From contig CM120640.1 of the NCBI GenBank assembly GCA_051362555.1, positions 47,036,788-47,100,787 on the forward strand: 64,000 nt of DNA, given 5' to 3'. Within the stretch, counting starts at the first letter, position 1. Each line of letters starts with the position of its first letter. The DNA comes from Lingula anatina (taxonomy: Eukaryota; Animalia; Brachiopoda). Both the position numbers and the translations under genes were made by a program. A model generated the notes under the pieces. That model did not search any database and was not told the DNA's origin. It saw only the letters and a program-made list of their open reading frames with translations. Positions 24,976 to 38,748 of the stretch are shown here, piece by piece.

Positions 24976-26956
24976 TTAAGATACTTCATGGTATATTACC
25001 ACTTCATGGGATAAATGCTCTGATTTTACTGTCAAATCGACTTCATAGGATAAAATGCGACTTCATCTCCACATAAGATATTGCCTGTGACTATTCATGG
25101 GATAATGGTGAAAAAGTACCTGTTGTTGGTCCAACGTTATGAGAGAGAACTTTTTTGAAATATTATGTTTTTGTACTGTAAATATTATCCAAAATAGGTA
25201 AACTGTACGTTTTAATTTACTTGAATGACTGAATAGGGTTTCTTTAGTGGTATTGGATGCATGTTTTGAGCAATTTTAAAATACACAGGCATATGTAGGT
25301 GAGGATCCAGTATTTCTAAAAATCAGTACATTATGGGAGATTATGGTCAGCGTTGAAGAAAAGGGGGTGCAGACCCCTTGGGCCCTCCCTTCCCAAATCC
25401 GCTTGATACATAAAACTACTGGATCAGGTAAACCAGGCTATGAAAACATAATTTACGCGTAGGTTACTGGATTATAAGATGGATAAATAAACAAATAGGA
25501 ATCAATTATTAGAAATAAATAAATAAAGAAGAAGCAGAGAAGGTACATGTATATTATTGTGCACTACAATCGTCTTGATCAAGTCGCGTCCCACTCTGAA
25601 AAGACTAATTTTTCCATGAGGAAAGACGAGCAGGTGTAATGCTTTACGTCTGTCCCTTGGTATCTGAGAGACTCTGTTCTGGTCTTACACCTGTGAATGT
25701 CCATCATGGTTTGATCAAACGTGTTCCTGAAATGTGCTCTTGGCTTGATTTGACCCGAAAGTTTTATCTGCGGCACAGTCTGCATTTGGAAACCTGTTAA
25801 TAAGGCGTTCGGAGGGGGGGGGGGGGGGGTAGGCCTACTTGTTGTTTAGCAGCCTATTTAACATAGTTGATCTGCGAGATCAACAGGCTTGTAGATTGAT
25901 ATTTATTCAGAATAAATTGATGATTTGAAAAAGTTAAGTTGCTAAGTAACCTTGTGTCTCAAGTATATTGCTTATGATTGTTTATTTCTTTTGTGCTTAC
26001 ACCTTACCCGAGCACTTGTAATTGATACCCTGTTACTTGCTTTTAATGTGAAAGATAAGAGCGTAAATAACTACAGCACACTACAGCCTGGGGAGTCATT
26101 CCTTAAGATAGTTGTAAAGCCGCATTTTGCAACCAAAGAAATACGTGAAAACGCAATCTGCAACTGTAACGCATTTAGCAACCAATTTCTTTTAAGTAAC
26201 TGGAACTATTTAAATTAATTTAGAGATAGAATCGGGATGGGAACGGGGTTGCCTTGACACCATGGGCTGAATCTGGTGCCTACCCCCGGGGTGGATGATT
26301 TATATTTTATACATATCACAATTTCTGTCAACTCCCCCAAGCACACAACAATCAGTTTTTTAATGGATTCCTTGACCTACATTCAAGCACTCAGCTGTCC
26401 AGTGCTGTGTGCTGCCCTTTTCTTTTTCATATTACTTAAGGACCCATTCACAATCATAATGACAGTTGTAGAGCCGCATTTTGCAACTGAACGCATTTTG
26501 CAACTGCAACGCATTTTGCACCCAAAGAAAATCGTGAAAACGAGTTTTGCAACTAAAATGCATTTTGCAACCAGGATTTTTTTGTAAGTCCCAGCATCGG
26601 TTTGAAGTACGGGGCGTGGTTTTGGATCACAGGGTAGTTGATTGTAATTTTTACATCGTAATTTTTGCTATCTACCAGTAGATCTTTAGTAGTGTGACTT
26701 TGCAGTCCTTTTGGGGGGGTATATTTTTTATATCTTTAATTGTTACTGTTATCCTCTATCCATTAAAGTGAGGAACATGAGACGTTGGGGATATTTAAAC
26801 TTGCCAATAGGGATGTGCACGTGTCCTTCGGATTTTTGGTGACTATGGGTGTTGCCGTCCCTAGGGGTGGTTGATTATTATCTTTGAATTGTATTTCTGC
26901 CATATACCAATAGGTCTTTAAGTTGAGGAAACTAAAATGTCGGGGTGAGCATAGGC

Positions 26957-26990
<34 letters not shown>

Positions 26991-28905
26991 TTTTGACCTG
27001 GGGTGTGGCTGTCCCTTGGGATGGTTGACTAGTATATTACCGTAATTTATTTTATCTCCTCCTAGACCATTCGAATTAGGAACATATGAGTCTTTGGTGC
27101 ATGAGTGGGCTACATGGGAATTTTAGTGTGACTTGGGGTGTGGCCGTCCTTTGGGGCTGGGGTGATTAGTGGTTTGTCAGACAATGAAGCTGATTCCATA
27201 GATTGCACTTAAGTCAGATTCCTTGCAGAGTTGGACCGACCCAGCTAGTACGATGTGTGAATCTGAAGGCGGTCTTCCAGTTAGGAAGGAAGGGGAAATG
27301 CAGAGAAAGCAGCAGAAAGTACTAATAACAGACCTACAGTCGTATTCTTGAATATAGGTCAAGTTAATTAAAACCCATTCAAGACCCCATACTTTCAGGA
27401 ATCCAAGGGTTCAAGTCCCGTTGTTCTTTAACATAAAATACACATGTTAATTACTGCTCTTGGGTAATAAACATTTTTGTTTTTTGTTAAGACGCTACAG
27501 CAGTTGAACGCTAGGATTCCTGAGTGTGTGGAGTCATGAATTAGTTTGGATTCCCTGACCTATATTCATGCATATGGCTGGAAGTCCATTTAGTTCTGTA
27601 TGTACTTCTGCTGTTCTCTACATTTCTCAAGGACCCATGCATATTCATTAAAAATGACTGGTTCATCAATCTCCAACTTTTCATGTTACTTAAAATTTAA
27701 GGGTATAGATGGCAGATATAACGATGTGAAAAATAGAATCAACCACCCCCGGGATAGCCACACCTGAAATATCATACTAACATTCCCGTAAACCTATATA
27801 CAGTATATATATGCATATGCTCAATGGTAAGCTTATCAGCCCGGAAGGTTTCATGTTCCTAACTGTAATGGCGTAAGGGTAGAAGCTCGAATAACAATGT
27901 AAAATTAAAAACAACCTCCCCACGGACTGCCACACCCAATGCCACAAAAACCCAGAAGGACCCATACACATCCCCAAAGACAGATTTTTCAATTCCCAAA
28001 GCCTTACGTTCCCAAGTTTATTGGTCTAAGGGTAGATATCATTCAAATCATTCCGATTTCAGACTTTCCGACCTTAAACGTTTTCATTAAGTATATAGGC
28101 CAGGGGGTCTATAGTTTTAAACGACCGATATATTTTCGAAAGATTATGTTGCATATCAATAGAAAAGCTTATTTTGACAGCTTGTTATTGCAAGTCATAA
28201 CATTTTTGTCATAGTTACAAAAGAAATACTTCTAAAACACGAATAATGGAATAGACGGTTTGTTAAAGATATAATATACACCTAATGTGGAGCAAAATTA
28301 AAACCTCTCTGCCTAGTAGAGTTCTCTACCTACAATGGAAAGATATACATTCTTGCTACTGTGTACTAGCCACATCTATAAACCTGCGCCGTCAATCAAA
28401 TCACACATGGTCAGCTTTATGTCCATGTGTTTATTTATAGACTTCGTTTGCCTTATACATGTACTGCCTTAGACCCGCCATGATTCAACGTCCAAATATT
28501 GCCAGTTTTTAATCGTCTTGAAATCTGTAAAATCTCAAAACAAAATGGGTAAAAAAAAAAAAAAAAAAAAAGCTTTATGCTTTCCGTCACAGGACCGGAG
28601 CTCTTGAAATAAAGTACATTATTTATATACGTTTATCTCACGGGTATCTTCAAGAACATCTGAAAATAACAGCTTCATTAAACTCCAACGAGATAAAATA
28701 CGCACTATCATGTGAGTGAATAATGTTAATCCCCCCCCACACACACACACACGCCCCATTGCAAATACACGCGTCACTCTCGAAATCATGGTCTAGAATG
28801 AAACAACATATCGACCTTTACGCCTAATTTCCACATCCAACCAGAACTGAAACATGTTTGGATACAATGTCCCATGAAGTGGTAATATACTATGAAGTCT
28901 CCTAA
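24976..28905. mobile_element. ~3.9 kb segment bounded by inverted repeats; putative non-autonomous DNA transposon or composite repeat
   Basis: 36 bp inverted repeats (24976-25011, 28870-28905; 3 mismatches); recurring ACTTCAT/ATGAAGT motifs; absent from paralogous intergenic copies at ~40650 and ~51285. Confidence 0.45.
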
Positions 28906-29804
28906 GGGTCCTTATTTTTTAACCAATGAAGTAGCCTTCTATCATGAAGTAGTAATTCTTATTCTATGAAGTGGTAATTCTATCGCATCAGAAGGTAATA
29001 GACTCATCGAAGAATCTTGAATTGAAAAAAGAACCCTTCGTTTTGGATGTATAAATTTTGCTCGTTTTAATTTCCCCAAATGCCTGTTTGCATTTTAATA
29101 CTTCTAAAAGGCCAGTGCTATTTTTCAACAGCATTTTACCTTGAAGAAATCTTTGGATGCAGCTTGGTCTCTGGAAATTTGATCACTCTTTTCAACTTTT
29201 CTGTCGTCTTTTAAAATATTTTTACACATTTGTGCTTATGTCTTATTGTAAAGCGATATTTTACAAGGCAATTGACCGATCTGCATTTTGACAAATTCCA
29301 TATTTTTTCCTACCAACAAACTCCCCACCTCTTATCAGTATTATTGTGTAATAATATAAAGATTTAAGTTAAGACTAACTATTTTATCTAAAATACTTTT
29401 TCAATTCTTCAATGTTTTCATGTAGTAATTTTAAAGGCCATCAAGTTTCCCAAATATAAGTGTTGTTTTGAATTGGTTACCAAACATGTTTTCACAGGGG
29501 TAAAATTAATTTTGTTATGCATTGTATTTCAAAGAACTTAGGGATTTTCTAAGTTTGAACTCACAAAATAGCAGCCTGGAAGTTCTTACATTGCCTTTTA
29601 TAACAGCTCAATGTCGCATGGGAAAATGCTTTTCAGAAATAATGAATAAAAAGTACCCCTGTTTAACAATATACCACCGAGAAACATCAAATTCAGTTTT
29701 TTATTTCCCACCAAACTGTTTGGATATTACAATAAACGTCGAGATTTGCCATTATGTTAAACAAAAATTAGTTGGATCCTTTAAAACGTAAGAATTGAAC
29801 TTGT

Positions 29805-30694
29805 TTAGTATCCAGGTAAAGCAGCCTTAGCCTGAGCAATGGCATCCAGAAGCTGTTGCCACAAATCCCCCAGATCGGACTTGTAAGGAGCCACAACCTG
29901 TTTAAGTTCCTCGAGCTTGTCAAGACCGGCCTGTTGAGCATTTTGTAGGGCCTAGAACATAATATAAACGTTATTGTAAATATATTAATATTGCAATTCG
30001 AACAATGTTTTATATCAGTATATAACCAAATTACAGAAATTTACTCACTGTTGTGGTCATCAGTTTGATGTTTTCAAGATGTCCTCTGGTCTGGTTCAGA
30101 GCCTCACCAGCCTTCTCCGTCACGTATGCTACAAGGTCAGCATATTTCACCTTGAGGTTGTCCAATACATCTTGTAAGGTGTCTTTTACTTTCGCCCACC
30201 AATCTCGAAGTCCTCTCTTGCCTTTGAAAAATGATAGCAGATGAAATATGCATATAATCATATAATGTGAAGTAGATAACTTATTGCATTACCACAATGA
30301 TATTCACATTGGAGTAAGTTAACCGTCAAATATTCTGCTTTATGAGAAACATACACCGAAATCAGAAAAAAAAAGATCTTTAAAGATGCATTTGAACGAC
30401 TTGGCATGTCAAATCTTTGCTCTGAAGAAATACTACAGGTTATCGCTTGTGTCATATAGATAAGCTATTGGAAAAATTAGCAAAAAGACTCTGGAGTCCT
30501 TTGAAGAAATTGTCGGCAAGATCCTTGAAAGCAGCGGTGAACTTGTCCTTCAGGCCACTAAGAGACTTGAGGCCGTCCTTGGCCTGGGCAGTGAGGGCAC
30601 TCAGAATCTGCTTGACGTCGGTGTATGTTTGGGCTCCCTGCTGCTTCAACAACTCGGTGTAGTTGGCAACCTTCTCCAGCATCTCACTGGTGAC
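29805..30694 (-). pseudogene. G3: 5'-truncated paralog with only the last three exons
   Basis: Exons 30694-30481 (donor mutated to CT, 12 nt deletion), 30221-30049, 29951-29805. No upstream exons or TATA box found between ~30800 and ~34530, where homology to the far-upstream region resumes. Confidence 0.8.
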
Positions 30695-31584
30695 CTAAAT
30701 TTTAAATAAGAAAAAAATCAATTAAATTCAGTGATCACCATTTCATCATTAGCAAATTATCATTTCTTTATTAACCAATAATTATTGTTCCGAGTCCATA
30801 CAGTAGTAATAAAAATTAAGTTTCCGTTGTACGACGTTTTAAAAACGTCAGAAACGTTTTAATCCCTATCCTATGAATAGAAGGGGGCGGACAAACAATG
30901 GAGAGCCGTCTAATCCCTTCAAAATTCGAACGCCAAAACACAATAGTTTAGACGTAATAACACACAATACCTTAGGCGAGTGAACCCCATGACGCCTGTT
31001 TCTGTGGTCCAGCGCGAGCGCGACAATCCGCTGTGACCAGGTGTAATTAACAGCAGGATACATCAGCCAGAAGGTGCCTATTGTTTGTTGCGGCGATAGG
31101 ATTATAGCTTTAAGATGCTAGAACCCATGCTAACGAGTGCCACTCCCGTGGCCACCTATCCTTTTGTTCACTAGCTTGGCACGCGCAGCAGATCATGTTT
31201 TAATTAAGTGTTGCAAGAAAACTGCTAGTTTAATTTAGTATCAGTTATTTAATTCAATATGAAGTGTTCTGTGGTCAAAAAATGAACTTGATAGACATGC
31301 ATCAGCATCGTACATCAGCACGATCAACAAATCACCCCTTCTCAAAAAGTTTAAAGATGCTCCGTACACAAATTTCCATCATCGCTACCTGTGTAAAAAT
31401 AGAGTACTGTTTAGAAATAACAAAGAAAGAAACATTATTAAAACAATTTATTCAAATTACAAGCTGACGTGTTGCCTCAATTACTACATTAAGTTACATT
31501 TTATATAAAATAATGGAGCGAATCCGTAAAAGGATAATAATAGAAAGTCTTAATAATAAATAAATAAATAAATAAATAAATAAA

Positions 31585-31750
31585 CAGGCCCGCAGCCAGG
31601 GGGAGTTCGGGAGGTTCGAAAGACCCCCCTTTTGCTGAAAAAAGGTCCACTCTGAAAAAAATTTGACATAATTACATGGGGATTTTCCGGTAAAAGGTCC
31701 ACTTTGTCAGAAAAGGACCCCCCCCTTTGAAACTGCTGGCTACGGGCTTG
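31585..31750. mobile_element. Short MITE in a (TAAA)n tract
   Basis: Imperfect TIRs CAGGCCCGCAGCCAG / CTGGCTACGGGCTTG; ATAAATAAA on both flanks. Confidence 0.65.
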
Positions 31751-34700
31751 ATAAATAAATAAATTATTTAAAGAATAAAGTAAATAATAAGATGACATTA
31801 AGAATCAAATAAAAAAGATAGATAGAAATTAGATGGTATAAATCATTAAATAAAAGATAAATTATTTTAAATAATTTCATAAATAAATTTTGATTTAATA
31901 ATTAAATGAATAAATCGCTGTGAAGTCTACCCATTATCAGGGCCACAGATAGATTTTCACTAGTTGCCAGTATAGACAGATATGCATCTGTTTATTTGAT
32001 GGGACTTTTTTGCACGCGCGTTAGGGGAACGAGCATATAAACTGATTTCTTTTAAGATTAAAGTGAGTGTCCTATCATTTGAAAGCCAACAAAATATTTC
32101 ATTCCACATTAGAGAAATTAGCCTCATATTTACATATGTAAATTTATAACCGGGTGTATGTAACTCTTCGCTGTTCAGTAACAGTTATAAAGGAAAGTTA
32201 GATTTTGCTTGTATAAAACACACTTTTTATTCTGATAAAAAACGACTGCGCACGAAGCATAATGATATTAGGCTTTCGATGATGATTGTGCATGAAACAT
32301 CAAGTCATTTTTCCTTTTCATAATAGTGCTGGGCACCCAGGTGTTGAATCTTTTACTCGACGTGCATCTCCTAATATTGTATACGCATGATTTCAGGTTG
32401 TTCTCGAGCGATGACGATTGCGTTCAAAATGGGTTGTTTGCAGCATAAGTGATGTGAATAAACCTAGCTTACTAATTAACTATTACCAAAGTAAAGCAGG
32501 GCTTTAGGTTTATCAGCCTAAGATTTATTCAATATGGGCAGTTAACTTGGACCAGTCTTGTTTCATTAACTTTGCGAATGAAAGTCTCCGTCGTTAACGT
32601 AAATTTCCAATATGATTTTACATCACTTATCTGATTTAACAATCTTATTGTTTAGGTTTTGTTTAAGGTTGCATGAGAACAGATAATGATCGCGTTTAAC
32701 AACAGATTGAGGGCTATAGTAAGTCCTTCCTCTTTGAGCGATGTCTAAGACTGTTAATTCAACGTACATAAACATGTAGTGTGACCACACTGTCAGCCAT
32801 CCCCCTTGTTGCACGTTACAAGCGATTTGTCTCATAACTATGACAAGGCGTTCTTTTTTCTCGTTGTTGTTTTAAAAACGGACCACTTTGATAAGGCTAA
32901 TTGCTTAGCTCATTGCGCGTCATATGTACTTAGCTCTTTGCGCGTCATATGTAAACGCTAAGATATGAATGTTATACGGGGTAGTTGATTGTTTTGCCCG
33001 GGCGCCGCACTTATGCTTTCTTACTAGAGCGATCTAGAACAAGTCGCTAGTTTGCCCTGTTTGTAACTGTAGCAAATATGTTCGACATGCCGTTTCTGCA
33101 CGACAGCCGGAGACACAGTAATTGTATAAGACATGGTTTAAGCTTGTTCGAGAGATAATAACAGTCGCGTTTAACAAAAGATAGTAAGACCCCCTCCTCT
33201 TTAACTGATGTCTTACACTGTTAATATTGACCGCACTTTCATATATTATGTAATACACTGACAGACTTTCCCCTGTTGCACGTTGGCGTTGGATTGTACT
33301 TGTGCCTCTGTCAATGCACCTCATTTAGTTTAAATATTTTTACCGCATAAACCTTTGTGGTTTAGAGTTATAAGTTTAGTAGTAGGAATAGGATGGTTGG
33401 ACAAAAAGCTTCTAGTCAACTGGCTTAGACCTAGGGTGTGATGCTGCTATCATCCGAGGAAACACCTACACTGAATCCTCTTCCTGAAATCCCCCTAGCT
33501 GAAACAAAAAATGCCCCTTGAACCGGTCCAGTTTTACAGCGTCGAATCATTTTTGATATCATTTTGCGTCTTTAAACGAAAGCTTTTAAGTGACAAAAAC
33601 AGAACCGTGTGGTGATTGTTTATTAAAGCGTAGGTTTTTTTTCATTATGATCTATTTTGTAAACAATACATGCCTAAATTTTACTTGGATTGATCATCGT
33701 CACTGTTTGGCTACTCGCCTATAATGCGTGCTGAACGACAGACAACTTATAAATATTATCTGTGTTACTGTGTATTTGACCAAGTTAAAATAGAACGGTG
33801 TCGGTGATTTAATCCATCGAACATATTTATATTTCTTCTTTTAAAACCAGTGTTAGGTTAACATCAAGTCAAATTAAGTAAAGCTAAGTAAAGCCTGTTT
33901 CTAGTTCATCCACGCTATAAATACATGAAGGATAACAAGTCTCTGTAGCCAATTAACTTTCACAATGCCCTGTGCTTTAGAGTCCCATGTTATACAAGCA
34001 AATGAGTATGGCCTGAGAGAAATATAAATATGAGGCCGTGTATGAAGATGTTTCAAATAATAAGAATCAAGAATTTAAACATGTTAGGTACATGCGCATC
34101 ATTTAATAAGTCATTTCACAAAAATGGCATCTAATTTTTCAGATAAACCTCCACTTTTATCGATCTCAGCGCCTTGTCTGATGTTTACATGTAGGCGGTA
34201 TACTCCAATATTAATTGCGAACAATATCAACAGCGACTCGAGATCGTTGCCTGTCTTTCACACTTTTACACAAACCCATGAAGGGTTAATAAAAGGATTC
34301 GCGTTGCGACATCTATCTCTTTCTTTCGAACAAGCAAATTAAGGGCTGACCCGAAGTAAGCTGGCATAACTAATTTCTCTTTGACTGTACAAGGGTATAT
34401 TGTAATTCCTCCACTTGGTCGCCTCCATTGTCTTGTAACAGTGACAAAGAATGTGTTTTCACACGCTAGTTTACATAACTCCTTTGCCTTGTGTCTTTAT
34501 CAAGGTTATAATCAGTTTGAATAGGTTGTCTTGAGACCATTGTTCAGAACTTTGGTTAAATATTAGCAACAATTAATGAAAATGTTATCTCCTTATTACC
34601 GAAATTCCGGTTGCTACTCGTGAATTCATCTATTCTGTAAGTGTGATGGAAAGCTAACTCAAGCTTGTACCAAATATGAATTTTTAGGAATAATAACAAT

Positions 34701-35138
34701 TTGTAATCAACAAAAGATTTATTCCCTGATTTTTTTCATTAATTTTTGTACGAATAATAACCCCAGTCATGTAGCATTTGCAAAACGTTTTCGGAAAGGC
34801 GAAGTGATTGAATAGTTTGTATCAAAACAAAACCAATTGCAAAACTTAAGGTCTAACACTAGGGAATAGGAATCGAGATCAGTGACCCACAATGGCAACA
34901 GATTGCAATGACATAATGCCGCCACGACAAAAAAATAAATGAATGTATAGATAAATGAATCTGGAAAACGCGTTAACAGTAGATAGTGTTGAGAATTCAT
35001 AGGGTGGTTTTGAAGTTGCATATTAAGGAATAAGCACCAAAACCGCATTGACAATCCACTTGAGGTAGTATTTTGTGACAATTTCCTTTTTATGTACAGA
35101 CACAGATGTGTCTGTACATATAGCCATCATCTGCGTCT

Positions 35139-35170
<32 letters not shown>

Positions 35171-35179
35171 GCACTTTTA

Positions 35180-35640
35180 CCGATAACACGATAAGTGGAA
35201 CACCGTTTTTGCTTTTGGCTTGAAACTTACAGAACTGGTGAATATTCCTAATACGCAGGTCAAGTTCGAAAATCAGCATGATCGGGCCATTTTTAGGGAA
35301 GTTATGCTGTTTTTTCACTTTTTTCAGCATATATGCAGCACCGATAACACGATAAGTGGAAAACCATTTTACCTTTTGGCTTGAAACTAACAGAACTGAT
35401 GAATATTCATAATACGCAGGTCAAGTTCGAAAATCAGCATGATCGGGTCATTTTTAGGGAAGTTACGCTGTTTTTTCACTTTTCTCAGCACATATGCAAC
35501 ACCGATAACACGATAAGTGAAATAACATTTTACCTTTTGGCTTGAAACTAACAGAACTGATGAATATTCATAATACGCAGGTCAAGTTCGAAAATCAGCA
35601 TGATCGGGCCTTTATTTTAGAAGTTATGCTGTTTTTTCAC
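35180..35640. repeat. 161 bp tandem repeat, ~3 copies
   Basis: CCGATAACACGATAAGTG at 35180, 35341 and 35502. Confidence 0.9.
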
Positions 35641-36039
35641 ATTTCCTCAGATTCAATTATTAGGCATGTTAACAGTCTCATTATTTAACTAATAAGATAC
35701 GTAAAAGTGTTTGTTTGATATTTCCTGCATCTTTACAACATTGTTAATTGATTGTGTAAAAATGATGGTAAACTTGTTATCGTGTATTGTGTAATAAAGT
35801 GTCAAAAATGGAAATAAACTCATCATTGCAGTTTGTCAGATTCAATCATCCACTATGTTCAGAATCTCAGAATGGAGGAAATTGGACATTAAACACTGTT
35901 CTATTGATATTTTTCCCATCTCATCAATTTTCTTAGTTGGTCATATAAAAATGGCAACAAACTGTTTATTTTGTTTTATGTTAAAATATGTTAAAAATGG
36001 AAATAAACCCATTTCAGAACAGTGCTGTCTTGTTTACAT

Positions 36040-37570
36040 TTTGGCATTTTTAAGATGTGACTTTGAAGTTTCATGAGCCTGCAGACCTTTGCTAATCACA
36101 TTTTCTGAATATTCATGATACTAATATTTTATGATTAAAAATTGATGGTCATTATGCTGTTAAACATTATGTAATATTGCATCAAAACTTGAAGAAACCC
36201 CTATTTTGGGCACTGCTCCCATGATGACCATTTAAGAAAAACCATGTCACTTACTGTTTTCAAACTTACAGGAAAGAAACATAGGGCTAAAATACAGTTT
36301 CAGTAGGCAATGCAGTCTGTTTGGTAATTTTTTTCTGGCAGTTAAACAGTTTTTTGTGAAAATTTAATTTTTCACATATTGGCATTTTCAAGGTGTGACT
36401 TTGAAGTTCCATGAGCCTGCAGACCTTTGCTAGCCACGTTTTCTGTATGTTCATGTGACTAATATTCCATTATTAAAAATTGATGGTCATTATGCTGTTA
36501 AACATTATGTAATATTGCATCAAAATTTGAAGAAACCCCTATTTTGGGCACTGCTCTCATAATGACCATTTAACAAAAATCATGTCAATTACCGTTCTCA
36601 AACTTACAGGAAAGAAACATGGGTCTAAAATACAGCTTCAGTTGGCAATGCAGTCTGTTTGGTAATTTTTTCTGGCAGTTAAACAGTTTTTTGTGAAAAT
36701 TTAATTTTTCACTTATTGGTATTTTCAAGGTGTGACTTTGAAGTTCCATGATCCTGAAGACCTTTGCTTGTCACGTTTTCTGAATGTCCATGTTACTAAT
36801 ATTCTATTATTAAAAATTGATGGTCATTATGCTGTTAAGCATTATGTAATATTGCATCAAAATAGAAGAAAAAACAATTTTTGGTGCTGCTGCTATGATG
36901 AGCATTATGGGAAAACTGTGTTATGACTGTCAAACCTTTAAAAAAGAAACACAGGACTAAAATGCAGAATGAGTTGGAAAAGCAGTCTAATTGGCTTCTT
37001 TTTCTGGAAGTTATACATTTGAGTGAAATATTCATTATCTTTTTGGCATATTCATTGTGGGACTTGGAGCTCCCATGGACATGAAGCCGAATGGTAATCA
37101 AATTTTCTACATGTCCATGCTATTTATTGTCAATAATCAAAGATTGGTGATAATTATTCTATAATTTATTATGTAATGTTACATCAAAATTGACAATATT
37201 TTTGCATTGCTACTGCAAACATTATGAAAAGAAAACTGTGTTACTTATTATTATTTTTAACTTACAAGTATGATTTTTAGGATTGGCATGCAGTTCAAAT
37301 TAGAAAGCCAGGTCAATTGGGTTATCATTTATTATTGATTTTATGCAATTTTGTGTGAAATTTTAATTTTTCTCATTCTGGCACTTTCTAAGTATAAACT
37401 TGAACTCTGATGGGCCTGAAGCCTTATGCTTTTACTTTCGGCGTTGTTACCTGTTGTGCATAATTAAAATTTGATGTTGACTGTGCAGTAAAACATAATG
37501 TATTATTGCATCAGAATTTGTAGTCTCCTATTTTGTGCATTATTGTTTTGTGCTTTTCTTAAGATGTGAC
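36040..37570. repeat. ~337 bp tandem repeat, 3 good plus ~2 degenerate copies
   Basis: GTGACTTTGAAGTT at 36057, 36395 and 36732; more diverged copies follow. Confidence 0.8.
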
Positions 37571-37781
37571 TTATGGGCCTGAAAGACCTTTGAGAGGGTC
37601 AGTCTGTTAATATCCCTTGGGTATCACGTAGCTAATTTCTGAGTTATAAAGTCATTTGCCTAATTGATAGGCCATTAAAGGAGATTACATAAAGCACACT
37701 TGTTGATATTTCCTTGTAAACTCCCAAAAGTTAAGCTCTCTGCTAGATTAATAATAAGGAAGCAGTGATAATTATGCAGGT

Positions 37782-37832
<51 letters not shown>

Positions 37833-37874
37833 CAAAGATTAAAAGTTTGAATGGCAGCTTCATTGAAATTATAT

Positions 37875-38097
37875 TTACCTCAGGCTCTGCCTAGGAGGTT
37901 ATATTTTCACCCCTGTTTGTCTGTCATCAACATAACTCAAAAAGTTATGGACCGATTTTGCTGAAATTTTCAGGAACTGTCAGAATTGGGCCAAAGAGGA
38001 CAATGATTAGTTTTTAGTGGTGGTCTGGCTCAATAATAAACAATAATCAACAATTGCTGCCTTGGCAGAGGTCTGCACTCTCGGTGGTTTTCTAGTT
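37875..38097 (+). mobile_element. Small nested HINE-like element
   Basis: TTACCTC...CCTAGGAGGTTATATTTTC start, ATAACTCAAAAAGTTAT and TGAAATTT core, CCTTGGCAGAGGT...TCTAGTT end. Confidence 0.55.
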
Positions 38098-38748
38098 TTG
38101 TTAGGTTTTCCTTTACAATTTTTTCTCAAACACTTGCATTTGTGACTTTTAACTCTCATCCGCTCGAGGCTCTGCACATTTTCTGTATTTCCACATAAGC
38201 AATTGTATTGTTTTTTATGTCTTTAAACATTATATAAAATTATTTTATGCACTGTCATCATTTTTCAAATATTGAGACTTTCATCATGTGACTATAGTCT
38301 CTCATGGTCCTGAAACTGTAATCTTATTGAAGGGGTGGATTGAGACCATCTTCTGGGTCTTCTTGAAGACAGGTTATTAAGTTTATATTGACTGGTATCT
38401 ATTTTTTTCTGTTGGAAGACCATCAAAATGGAGGATGGATCAACATAGATACTTTGGAATACTGTCAGAAAGTATCTCAGGGTCCGCTCCTGTTATTGAC
38501 CATGTTACCTGTTGTGCATGATTAAAATTCAGTGTTGACTGACAGTGCTATTATAAGCATTATTTATTATTGCATCAAAATTGACAAAATGACCTTTTTT
38601 TGCATCTTTATTTTCTGTTTTTTGTCTGTACATTTGACAGCTTTGCTGCCTTGTTTACATTTACAGATTATTGAAGACAGAGGCATTTTATACACGCTAT
38701 AGAGCATACCTTTACTAACATAATAATCAGGTTGGATAAGATGAATTA

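Larger units (their letters stand above)
35089..38655 (+). mobile_element. Helentron-associated non-autonomous element (HINE/DINE-1-like) carrying tandem repeats
   Basis: 5' hairpin TATGTACAGACAC-agat-GTGTCTGTACATA (35091-35120), GTCGCCGTC microsatellite, central tandem arrays, 3' subTIR GTCTGTACAT (38624-38633), small palindrome and CTTGTT end. Inserted in a T-run without TSD; empty site at ~49290-49300. Confidence 0.75.

Noticed and set aside
32600-33320. Degenerate direct repeats and a ~24 bp duplication near 32905-32953
   Set aside because: No termini, TSD or coding signal; cannot be assigned.
35180-35640. Repeat array as a CRISPR-like locus
   Set aside because: Whole 161 bp units repeat with no unique spacers; eukaryotic context and no cas genes.
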